Positions 19,519 to 29,059 of a DNA stretch of 64,000 nucleotides are shown here, in pieces. Source of the DNA: an uncultured Gemmatimonadales bacterium (GTDB lineage: Bacteria > Gemmatimonadota > Gemmatimonadetes > Gemmatimonadales > GWC2-71-9); NCBI GenBank assembly GCA_963825055.1, contig CAWGSK010000013.1:160001-224000 (forward strand). Direction: 5' to 3'. Every line of letters begins with the position of its first letter. Position 1 is the first letter of the stretch. The position numbers and the translations under genes were made by a program. The notes beneath the pieces are model-generated. The model saw only the letters and a list, made by a program, of their open reading frames with translations. It did not search any database and was not told the origin of the DNA.

Positions 19519-21255
19519 TCAGGCCACCGCATACAGCTCCGTTACATCCCTCCCCGCCGGCCGGCTCATGAGCCGGAACTCATCCAGCCGCATCATCGGG
19601 TCGTCCCGGAGCTCCAGGTCCAGTCCGGTCTGGCGGATCAGGCCCTGCATGAGCCGGGGCTCCTCTTCCAGCAGGTAGAGCGCGACCTCCGGGTGCAGCC
19701 GGATCGCGAGCTGGCGTTCGCGGCGCTCGAGCCCGGCCCGGGCCAGCGAACGCTCCAGCCGGCGCGCCACGACCTCCGGCCGGAACACCCGACCGCTGCC
19801 CGAGCAGGTCGGGCACTCAATGGTCATGGAGTGCCAGAGCGAGGCGCGAACCCGCTGCCGGGTCATCTCGATCAGCCCCAGTTCGCTCACCGCGAACGCC
19901 TTGGTGCGGGCACGGTCCCGGGCGAGGTAGGTGCGGAGTTCCTGGAGCACTCGTTCCCGGTTCCCGCGCGATTCCATGTCAATGAAGTCGCATACGATGA
20001 TGCCGCCGATGTCCCGCAGGCGGATCTGGCGGGCAATCTCGCGCGCCGCCTCGACGTTGGTGCGGAGGATGGTCTTCTCCGGATCCTTCTTGCCGGTGTA
20101 GCGGCCGGTGTTCACGTCGATGGAGACCAGGGCTTCCGTCGGCTGGATCACGAGCGACCCGCCCGTGGGCAGTTCGCAGCGCGCCTTGAAGAGGTCGCGG
20201 ATCTCGCTTTCGATATCGAACTTCTCGAAGAGCGGCGTGGACCCCTCGTACAGGTGCACGCGGTCCAGCAGCTCGGGATCCACCTGCTCGAGGTATTGCC
20301 TGATCTCGCCGTTGACCGCCGTGTTGTCGACGTGCAGCGCATCCACCTTGGCGCTGAACACGTCGCGAATGAGGCCGCGGATCAGGCTGGTCTCCCGGTG
20401 CACCAGGGCCGGGGGCCGGACGAAGCGCTCCTTCTTGGTGACCTTCCGCCACGTGGTGAGGAGGGAGTCGATTTCCCGCTTGAAGTGGGCGTCGGTGACG
20501 CCCTCCGCGACCGTCCGCACGATGACACCGCCGCTGTTCTTCGGCAGCATCCCCGAGACCATCTCCCGGAGCTTTGCCCGCTGTTCCCGGCTCTCGATCT
20601 TCCGGCTCACGCCCACGCGCGACGCCCCGGGCATGTAGACCAGGAAACGCCCGGCCAGCGAGATCTGCGCGGTGACCCGGCAGCCCTTGGTGCTGATCGG
20701 CTCCTTGGTGACCTGGACGAGGAGGGTCTGCCCCTTCTTCAGGACATCCTGGATGTTGGGAGGCTGGCGGCGGGAGCCGTTCTGCCGGGATGGCTGGGGT
20801 GTCGGCGGTGGCTCGGGGTCGGGTTCGGCCTTCGCGGACCCGGCGGGGGCGTCATTTCCTGACTTGCCGCGCCGGCGGCGGCGGCTCCGCCGACCACCGC
20901 GCGAGCGGCCCCCACCACTCCCACCGGCGTCACCATCGGCCGGAGCCTGTCCGCCGGGTTCGCTGTCGCCCTCACCCGGCACGTCGGCGCTGTCGCTTTC
21001 CTCCAGCCCGTTCTCGTCGTCCTCCTCAGGCTCGAGGAGGTCGGAGGCGTGCAGGAAAGCACTCTTTTCCAGACCGATGTCAACGAATGCGGCCTGAATC
21101 CCCGGGATGACGGCTTCGACCTTGCCCTTGTAGATGTTGCCGACGATACGCCGGCTGTCCGGGCGGTCCACCAGCAGTTCGACCAGACGGTCGTCTTCCA
21201 GGATAGCCACGCGCGTCTCGCGCGGGCCCCCGTTGATGAGAATCTCGCGCTTCAA
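19519..21255 (-). CDS. ribonuclease E/G family
   Basis: KREILING...GNIYKGKV...AAFVDIG (S1 domain), IDVNTG, DFIDM, CPTCSGSG Zn-link; TTG start inferred. Confidence 0.95.
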   Translation of the reverse strand: MKREILINGGPRETRVAILEDDRLVELLVDRPDSRRIVGNIYKGKVEAVIPGIQAAFVDIGLEKSAFLHASDLLEPEEDDENGLEESDSADVPGEGDSEPGGQAPADGDAGGSGGGRSRGGRRSRRRRRGKSGNDAPAGSAKAEPDPEPPPTPQPSRQNGSRRQPPNIQDVLKKGQTLLVQVTKEPISTKGCRVTAQISLAGRFLVYMPGASRVGVSRKIESREQRAKLREMVSGMLPKNSGGVIVRTVAEGVTDAHFKREIDSLLTTWRKVTKKERFVRPPALVHRETSLIRGLIRDVFSAKVDALHVDNTAVNGEIRQYLEQVDPELLDRVHLYEGSTPLFEKFDIESEIRDLFKARCELPTGGSLVIQPTEALVSIDVNTGRYTGKKDPEKTILRTNVEAAREIARQIRLRDIGGIIVCDFIDMESRGNRERVLQELRTYLARDRARTKAFAVSELGLIEMTRQRVRASLWHSMTIECPTCSGSGRVFRPEVVARRLERSLARAGLERRERQLAIRLHPEVALYLLEEEPRLMQGLIRQTGLDLELRDDPMMRLDEFRLMSRPAGRDVTELYAVA

Positions 21256-21632
21256 GTTGATTGTCCCCGGCCGGGGGTCCGTCACCGGCCCTGTAGTAGT
21301 TCAGCCGGCGCCCCGCGGGACCATCCCCGGGGAGCGGCTGTATCCGATGAGCCACGTCACGACCCACCGGCCGTCCGGCCGGTGCGCAACGCGCTGATAT
21401 CCCGGAGGCCCGCCGCACCCGGGCGGCGGGCGTCGCTGCTGCAAACCTTCGCACCGTGGAACGCCGCCGTCCGGACAGGACCGGCGCGTCTGCCACCGCG
21501 CGCTGTGTATCAGGGGGTACGGCCGACCGGCCGCAGAGGAGCATCCCGATGGCCCCCACCAGCCGGTGCGCGAAGAAGCGCACCGAGGTGAAGGATGACA
21601 TGGATAGGGCCCGAGCCGGGATCATGGCTCTA

Positions 21633-21661
21633 AAAGTATGGGAAGTATGACGTTAGGGCAA
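21633..21661 (-). promoter_or_regulatory. putative sigma70 promoter giving a ~370-nt RNase E/G leader
   Basis: Minus strand TTGCCC-N17-TACTTT. Confidence 0.6.
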
Positions 21662-21730
21662 TACGCGAGGTGGGCGGGCCGGCGGTCGGGTGTGGGACGT
21701 CGAGGAGTGACCTGTACGCTGCGACCTCCC

Positions 21731-22386
21731 TCAGGCCCGTCGCCCGAGACTCAGCCGCCACCCGCTGGACAGCGCGGGATGGCTTGCAACTCGCCGCACG
21801 TCATAGCGATCCGAGCCACGGTCGATCCGGATTCGCCACGCCTCGGCGAGGCTGATGCCGACCTGGTCCACCGTCTCCCGCTCGAAGGGCAGGCCGGCGG
21901 CGGCCTGGCCCGGCTCCAGGACACGGCAATACCAGCCGGTCCGGCCGTTGGCCTCGATCTGCTGGATGAGGTCAGGGATTTTCAGCCAGCCGGCGAGGTT
22001 GCGGCAGGGTTGCCGGGGCTGCGTGACCTGCAGGAGGGCGCTTCCCCACCGGAAGGTGTCGCCGATGTGGACCACGTCCTCATCGAGCTGGGAGACGAGC
22101 AGGTTCTCGCCGAAGCTCCCCGGCGCGATCACCCGGCTCCACTCCGCGGCCCACGCGGAGAGATGGGCGGCCGGGTAGACGAACACGGCGCGCTCGGCGC
22201 CGCCGTGTTGGCTCAGGTTGGACTGCTCATCACCCGCGATGCCCAGCACCCCGACCAGCACCTGGCCACGGACGGGCTCCTTGAGCATCGCGGTGCGGAT
22301 CCGGCGACCGTCGATCTCACGCTCGGCGACCCGGCCGATCTGGAGGCCGAGCACCATGGGACGGAGACGATGCAGCGGTATCACCA

Positions 22387-22387
<1 letters not shown>
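21731..22387 (-). CDS. MOSC domain protein (YiiM-like)
   Basis: HGGAERAVFVY, PGSFGENL, QVTQPRQPC, RTGWYCRVLEPG; TGATG coupling. Confidence 0.9.
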
Positions 22388-23604
<1,217 letters not shown>

Positions 23605-23723
23605 GATCTCGGGGATTGGGGGTGCAACCAGCCATCTCCTACAGCACCGTGAAGATACACGGTTTCCCGGGTCGGGCCAAACCGCCTATCTTGCGCGGCA
23701 GGGGTCCTCCACCGGAGTTTTTC

Positions 23724-24899
23724 ATGCCTCGTCACGGCATTGCAGCGCGATCCTCCATCCGCTCCCGCCTCGCCCTCGGCCTGGCGGTCTCGCTCGCCGC
23801 CTGCGGCAGCGAGTCCGGCCCGTCCATGCCCCCCGAACTGGCCCTCGTGCCGGTCGACAGCATGTACGATTTCTCCGTGTTCGCCACCTCGCCACCAGGG
23901 GACACCCACCGGCAATTCATCCTCGAGCGCGGCGGCCGGATCGTCCTCCGGAAGGATGGCATCCGGCAGGACTCGGCGTTCCTGAACCTCTCCAGCCTGA
24001 CCGGGCAGGGCCACGAATACGGCGTGCTGGGCCTCGCCTTCCACCCCGCTTACGCTTCGAATCGGCGCTTCTTCGTCTATTACATCGACAACAATGCCGA
24101 CGCCCGCCTTGTCGAGTTCCAGGCCGACCCGGACTTCGACCATGCGAGCCCGATGATCGTCCACAGCCTGCTCACCCAGGCGGTGGATTCCGACGCGGTC
24201 CACTACGGCGGCACCATCGCCTTCGGGCCCGACGGGTATCTCTACGTCGGCATGGGCGACGGCACGACAGGCGGCACGCCAAGCTCGCCGGCCCAGGACA
24301 GCACCAGCATCCTCGGCAAGATGCTGCGACTCGACGTGAACGGCGGCACACCCTACGCCGTCCCACCCGACAACCCGTTTGTGGGGCGGCCCGGCTGGCG
24401 GGATGAGATCTACATGCTCGGTCTCCGGAATCCGTATCGGTGGAGTTTCGACCGGGCGAACGGCGACCTGTACCTGGGCATCGTCGGCGAGGACAACTGG
24501 GAGAGCGTGGCCTGGGTGCCCCGCCAGGCCCAGCCCGGCGCCAACCTCGGCTGGCCGATTGTCGAGGGCTCGCACTGCTACCGTCCGGCCACGGGCTGCA
24601 GTACGGCTGGCCTCACCCTGCCGGTGGTGGAATATCCCCATTCGGAGGGATGCTCCGTCACCGGTGGCTACGTCTACCGCGGCAGCACGATCCCCAGCCT
24701 CCGCGGCACGTATTTCTACGGCGACTTCTGCGGCGGCTTTGTGCGGAGCTTCCGCATCAGCGGCGGCACCGCGGTGGACCGGATGACCTACCCCGGGTTC
24801 GTCCAGGGCGACAACATCGTCGGGTTCGGTGAGGACGCCGCGGGCGAGATCTATGTGGTGTTCGCCAGCGGGAAGATCTGGAAGATCGTGGCCCAGTGA
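23724..24899 (+). CDS. PQQ-dependent sugar dehydrogenase (GSDH) family lipoprotein
   Basis: Lipobox LAAC; GVLGLAFHP, FGPDGYLYVGMGDG, LGKMLRLD, GLRNPYR. Confidence 0.9.
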   Translation: MPRHGIAARSSIRSRLALGLAVSLAACGSESGPSMPPELALVPVDSMYDFSVFATSPPGDTHRQFILERGGRIVLRKDGIRQDSAFLNLSSLTGQGHEYGVLGLAFHPAYASNRRFFVYYIDNNADARLVEFQADPDFDHASPMIVHSLLTQAVDSDAVHYGGTIAFGPDGYLYVGMGDGTTGGTPSSPAQDSTSILGKMLRLDVNGGTPYAVPPDNPFVGRPGWRDEIYMLGLRNPYRWSFDRANGDLYLGIVGEDNWESVAWVPRQAQPGANLGWPIVEGSHCYRPATGCSTAGLTLPVVEYPHSEGCSVTGGYVYRGSTIPSLRGTYFYGDFCGGFVRSFRISGGTAVDRMTYPGFVQGDNIVGFGEDAAGEIYVVFASGKIWKIVAQ

Positions 24900-24941
24900 T
24901 CGCGGATATCGTGTCGAACCCTGCAGCCGGACGAGTGCCCC

Positions 24942-25328
24942 ATGAGTGACGCTGATCGCCTTCGCCAGCACCCCGCTGACCGGCTCGCCTCCGCGGTGCA
25001 GGTGGTCGACCTCCCCGCCACGGCCGCGCGGCTGCGCGACGAGGCCCATGCCCCCGTCGGGGGCCACCGCCAGATTGCTGTCGTCCGTGATGATGGTCTG
25101 ACCGTCATCCTCTTCCTCTTCGAGGCGGGGGGCCAGCTGAAGGAACACCGCGCCGAGGGATCGGTGACCATTCAGGTGCTGCAGGGCACGCTCGTGGTGG
25201 GAGCCGGGGCGGAGCAACACGAACTGGGGGAGGGGCGGATGCTTGCCCTGGCACCGGGCACCATGCACTCCGTCCAGGCCAGGGTCGCGGCCACCATGCT
25301 GCTGACGGTCTCCCGGCCGCGCGACTGA
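24942..25328 (+). CDS. cupin domain protein
   Basis: FEAGGQLKEHRAEG.VTIQVL.G...HSVQA. Confidence 0.85.
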   Translation: MSDADRLRQHPADRLASAVQVVDLPATAARLRDEAHAPVGGHRQIAVVRDDGLTVILFLFEAGGQLKEHRAEGSVTIQVLQGTLVVGAGAEQHELGEGRMLALAPGTMHSVQARVAATMLLTVSRPRD

Positions 25329-25359
25329 CCGGCGCCTGAAGCGCGAGGCGGCCGGACAT

Positions 25360-25389
25360 GAAAGAGGCGGCCCACCGGCCGCCTCTTTC
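25360..25389. terminator. bidirectional hairpin terminator
   Basis: GAAAGAGGCGGCC-CACC-GGCCGCCTCTTTC between convergent genes. Confidence 0.75.
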
Positions 25390-25451
25390 CTCTCCAGAAC
25401 CTGAGCCCGCCGGGATTGCCCGGCGGCCCGGTCAGGCGCGTGTCGCGGGAC

Positions 25452-25946
25452 CTACTGCGTCGGCGGCGCGAGGTTGCCGCACGCCACCACCGTCTCCGGG
25501 TTGGCCAGGGAGGCCTTGATGACGACGAAGTAGTCTCCCGTCTTCGGCGTCTCCATCGCGACAGTCGTGGTGGCATTCCCGTGGCCGTCGGAATCAATGT
25601 TCAGCACCTTGTACGTCTCGCCGGTTCCGAAGACACCGTTGTCCTTGCCGACACCGCACTGCCCATAATGCGCCGACCATGGATGCACGCCGCCCGGCGT
25701 GGCGTTGGCCAGGTTGATCGTGATACTGGTGCTGCCGTCCGGGAGCGGCGCCATCGATGCGGAGCCGTTCATCTGGACCGCGCCGGCCAGACTCGCGGGG
25801 CTGGCCAGATTCGCATGCCAGCGGCTGTTGAGCGACGGGTCCTGCGTCGTAACCTCGACGGCCGGATCACTGTGGAATGGGTTACACGCGAGCGACGCCA
25901 GCGTGAGAAACGATAAGGCAACCGTCATGATCCGTGGAGCCGACAT
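25452..25946 (-). CDS. hypothetical lipoprotein (possible SOD_Cu-like beta fold)
   Basis: GGAGG RBS, lipobox SLAC, HPWSAHYGQC ... VACGNL. Confidence 0.7.
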   Translation of the reverse strand: MSAPRIMTVALSFLTLASLACNPFHSDPAVEVTTQDPSLNSRWHANLASPASLAGAVQMNGSASMAPLPDGSTSITINLANATPGGVHPWSAHYGQCGVGKDNGVFGTGETYKVLNIDSDGHGNATTTVAMETPKTGDYFVVIKASLANPETVVACGNLAPPTQ

Positions 25947-26169
25947 ACAACCTCCGATGAGAAACCTGCATTGCTGTACCACCACACCCTCCGTCCTTCC
26001 CGTCATGACTCGCTGGCGGGGGCGTCGTCATTCACGAAACCCGGCCGGTGTTGACGCCTCCGGGACCGGGAGGGTTCATGCTCCTGAACGCTACCGACAT
26101 GGCAGGCTGAGGGGTATCGCTCGTGGGGTGGATGGCGGCTCGTCCGGAAGGACGAGCTCCGGTGGCTCG

Positions 26170-26469
26170 CTACTGGCGCTCGCGTATTTCGGACTGCGTT
26201 ACCCTGGCGGCATTGTATGGCAGACCCAGCTCGTATCCCGGCGCCGTGACGACTACGCGGTCGTCCGCTCCAGCGGCCGGTTCGAACCTGGGTTCGGTGT
26301 CCGTGAACCAGCGGATGGCCTGTTCGACGACGGGGCGGTCGGAGGCGGATATCACCGCCAGGACCGGCGCTTTCCAGTTCCGGGGGTTCCGTACCCGGTC
26401 GAAGGCCTCGGCCAGCTGAGCCAGCGTGTAGCCGGTCGCAGTCTTCGGATTGAACTCATAAGATCTCAT
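26170..26469 (-). CDS. hypothetical protein
   Basis: GGGAG RBS plus ATG 26469; globular-looking translation (AFDRVRNPRNWKAPV). Confidence 0.65.
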   Translation of the reverse strand: MRSYEFNPKTATGYTLAQLAEAFDRVRNPRNWKAPVLAVISASDRPVVEQAIRWFTDTEPRFEPAAGADDRVVVTAPGYELGLPYNAARVTQSEIRERQ

Positions 26470-26714
26470 TGGCTCCCTGCCCTGCAAACGTATCGCGGCC
26501 CCTCCTCCTCTCCCCGACTCCGAAACCTCGCCCGGCACCCCTCAGGATCGGGACCGGGCAGGGTTGCGGCATTCGCTTCGCTCCGACTGCCCCGCACTCC
26601 GCACACCCACTGAAGGCGACACACCCTGCCGGAAACCGCGGTGGCTCCGGCGAGGTGGTAGTCAGGGGGCCGGCGGTTGAGGGCCGTCCTCCGTGATTGG
26701 AGTGCAGGGTTCAA
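26466..26714 (-). CDS. possible small hypothetical protein
   Basis: Its stop overlaps the next ATG (ATGA) and it fills the gap below the response regulator; start uncertain. Confidence 0.35.
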   Translation of the reverse strand: MNPALQSRRTALNRRPPDYHLAGATAVSGRVCRLQWVCGVRGSRSEANAATLPGPDPEGCRARFRSRGEEEGPRYVCRAGSQ

Positions 26715-26780
26715 ATGTCGCTGTGCCCCGAGCGGAGGACAATCGGTCTAGGGATGGATTTGTGATGTAGATCGGAAGGA

Positions 26781-27482
26781 CTACGGTGCCGGCGGCTCCG
26801 CGCTGCGAGGCCGGGACTTGCTCCGGCTGTGGCTGAAGGCGGCCACCTCGAGCCGGCTGTGCAGCGCGAGCTTTTCCAGCACGTTGTGCACATGGCTCTT
26901 CACGGTGTGAACCGCGATGTGCAGGCGAGTGGCGATATCCTTGTTGCTCAGCCCCTCGCCGAGGAGATCCACCACCTGGCGCTCCCGGCTGGTCAGCCGG
27001 ACCGACTCCATCACACGGGCCCGGCTTCCCTTCACATTCTGTACGATCTGCGAGAAGAGGGAATTCGTCAGCTCGGCCGGCAGCACCTCCGCGCCACCCG
27101 CGACCTCCCGGATGGTCCTGATGAACTCCTCGAAGGAAGCATCCTTCATGACAAAACCGGACGCCCCCGCGCGCACGAAGTCGGCCACGTCATCCTGCGC
27201 CGGGAGGAGGCCCATTACGATCACCCTCGCGGCCGGCACCTCGGAATGGACCGTGGCTGTCAGGCTCAGGCTGTCGTGGTTCTCGAGCCCGAAGTCGACG
27301 AGGACGATGTCCGGCTTCGCCACCCGCACCTTATCGAGGGCCTCCTCGACGTCGGCGGAGGCAGCCAGGATCTTGAACCCCGGCTGCCGCTTGATCATGG
27401 ACGCAAGCCCCTCACGCATGAGCCGGTTGTCATCGATGAGCACCAGGGCGATGGAGCCCTGGTCGGAATCGTCCGGCGGCAC
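26781..27482 (-). CDS. NarL/LuxR family response regulator (orphan)
   Basis: LIDDNRL, IVLVD, GFVMK receiver domain; LTSRERQV...GLSNKDIA...TVKSHV HTH. Confidence 0.93.
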   Translation of the reverse strand: MPPDDSDQGSIALVLIDDNRLMREGLASMIKRQPGFKILAASADVEEALDKVRVAKPDIVLVDFGLENHDSLSLTATVHSEVPAARVIVMGLLPAQDDVADFVRAGASGFVMKDASFEEFIRTIREVAGGAEVLPAELTNSLFSQIVQNVKGSRARVMESVRLTSRERQVVDLLGEGLSNKDIATRLHIAVHTVKSHVHNVLEKLALHSRLEVAAFSHSRSKSRPRSAEPPAP

Positions 27483-27661
27483 GGGGGCGGCGGGCCCCGG
27501 GCGCGTTCGGGTCTTTGCGCTGATGTCTCGCCTCGGGTCGAAGTCTGAGCGGAAGTCTGAGCGGGCGGTCGCTATTGCCTCATACTAAGGATATACTCCA
27601 ACGCTATATACCGCCAGACTCCATTGCGGGGTCGAGCAGATTGCAACCGGAAAGGCCTCCA

Positions 27662-27868
27662 ATGGTGGTGCTCCAGGTTCACGAAATAATGAAGGCGCGG
27701 AATATCACCGCCTATGCCCTGGGCAAGGGTGCACGAATCAGCTATCCCACCGCATGGCGCCTCTCCCGCAAGGGAGGAGAGTTCCGCCGGCTGAACGCTG
27801 ACACATTGAACGCCCTGTGTGAATTCTTTGAGGTCCAGCCCGGAGCACTGCTCCGGTGGGTGCCATGA
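27662..27868 (+). CDS. small XRE/Cro-like HTH regulator
   Basis: RNITAYALGKGARISYPT...TLNALCEFFEVQPGALL. Confidence 0.82.
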   Translation: MVVLQVHEIMKARNITAYALGKGARISYPTAWRLSRKGGEFRRLNADTLNALCEFFEVQPGALLRWVP

Positions 27869-27904
27869 CCACCTGAGACCGGCTGGGCCGGAAAGATCAC
27901 GCGT

Positions 27905-29059
27905 TTACCTGGCGGGCGGAACCGGCGGGGTGATCGCGTGCTGCCGCAGGAGCGTCCGCAGGCTGTCGAGCGGCAGCGGGCCGGCAGTCCCGCGCGGGCC
28001 GGTGACGGCCGTCGCCTGCAGAAGGGAGTTGTAGATCGCCTCCTCGGTGGCCTCGATAGCGGCCTCGAACAGCCCACTCATTGCGTCGTTGTCCACCTCC
28101 GCCGCCGCCGCGGGACGGGACGGGTCTCCGGGATGGCGCCGGACGCCTTCGGCCGTGGAAAAGGCGATCACGTAATCACCCGAGCCGTTCGACCCGGAAG
28201 CCCCCGTCCGGGCCAGTCCCATGATGGCGCGCGCCGCCACCCGCCGGAGGTTCCGGTCCAGCAGCGGCGCGTCCGTCGCGACCACCATCATGATGGAGCC
28301 GTCGCCCTTCTGTTCCTCGCCCTCCACCAGCGAGCGGAACGCGTACTGGCCCAGCGCCTTCCCGACAGGCACGCCCTGCATCTGGAGCACGCCTCCGTAG
28401 TTGGTCTGCACGAGCACGCCGACCGTCCAGCCGCCGATACGCGCCGGCAGCACGCGCGACGCCGTGCCGATGCCGCCCTTCCAGCCGAACGCCACCGTGC
28501 CCCGCCCGGCGCCGACACTGCCTTCCTGCACCGGGCCACCGCTGGCCGATTCCAGCGCCCGGCGCACGTCCGCGGGCGCGATGGGCCGTGAACGGATATC
28601 GTTCAGGAGGCCATCGTTCGTTTCCCCCACAACGGGATTGATCGAACGAACTTCCTCCATGCCCGGCCGCTCCAGCATCCACGCGACCATCGCATCCGCC
28701 GCGCGCCAGACGCAGAGGGTACAGGTCAGCAGGATGGGCGTCTCGAGTTCACCGAGCTCCCCCACCTGCGTGACCCCGAGGAGTTTTCCGAAACCATTGC
28801 CGACGAACATGGCGGCGGGCACGCGGTCGAGAAACGGGTTACCGCCGTGCGGAAAGACAGCGGTGACCCCGGTGTGTACCGAATCGCCGGCATCCACCGT
28901 CACCTGGCCGACCCGGACGCCGGCCACGTCGGTGATGGCGTTGAGCGGGCCCGGCTGGAAGACCCCGGGAGCGAGGCCAAGATCGCGGGCCCGGGGCCGG
29001 GCTTCCTGGGCAGCGAGAAGGCCCGGCAGGAACAGGAGGAGCAGGACAGGTCGGTTCAT
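27905..29059 (-). CDS. P1/DmpA (S58) family aminopeptidase
   Basis: NAITDVAGVRVG, NGFGK, GETNDG, KGGIGTASR, GS cleavage site (DGSIM), NGSGD. Confidence 0.93.
   Translation of the reverse strand: MNRPVLLLLFLPGLLAAQEARPRARDLGLAPGVFQPGPLNAITDVAGVRVGQVTVDAGDSVHTGVTAVFPHGGNPFLDRVPAAMFVGNGFGKLLGVTQVGELGELETPILLTCTLCVWRAADAMVAWMLERPGMEEVRSINPVVGETNDGLLNDIRSRPIAPADVRRALESASGGPVQEGSVGAGRGTVAFGWKGGIGTASRVLPARIGGWTVGVLVQTNYGGVLQMQGVPVGKALGQYAFRSLVEGEEQKGDGSIMMVVATDAPLLDRNLRRVAARAIMGLARTGASGSNGSGDYVIAFSTAEGVRRHPGDPSRPAAAAEVDNDAMSGLFEAAIEATEEAIYNSLLQATAVTGPRGTAGPLPLDSLRTLLRQHAITPPVPPAR

Noticed and set aside
21080..21625. 181-aa ORF as an ordinary protein-coding gene
   Set aside because: Low-complexity Arg/Pro/Ala sequence overlapping the RNase gene out of frame; kept only as a possible uORF.
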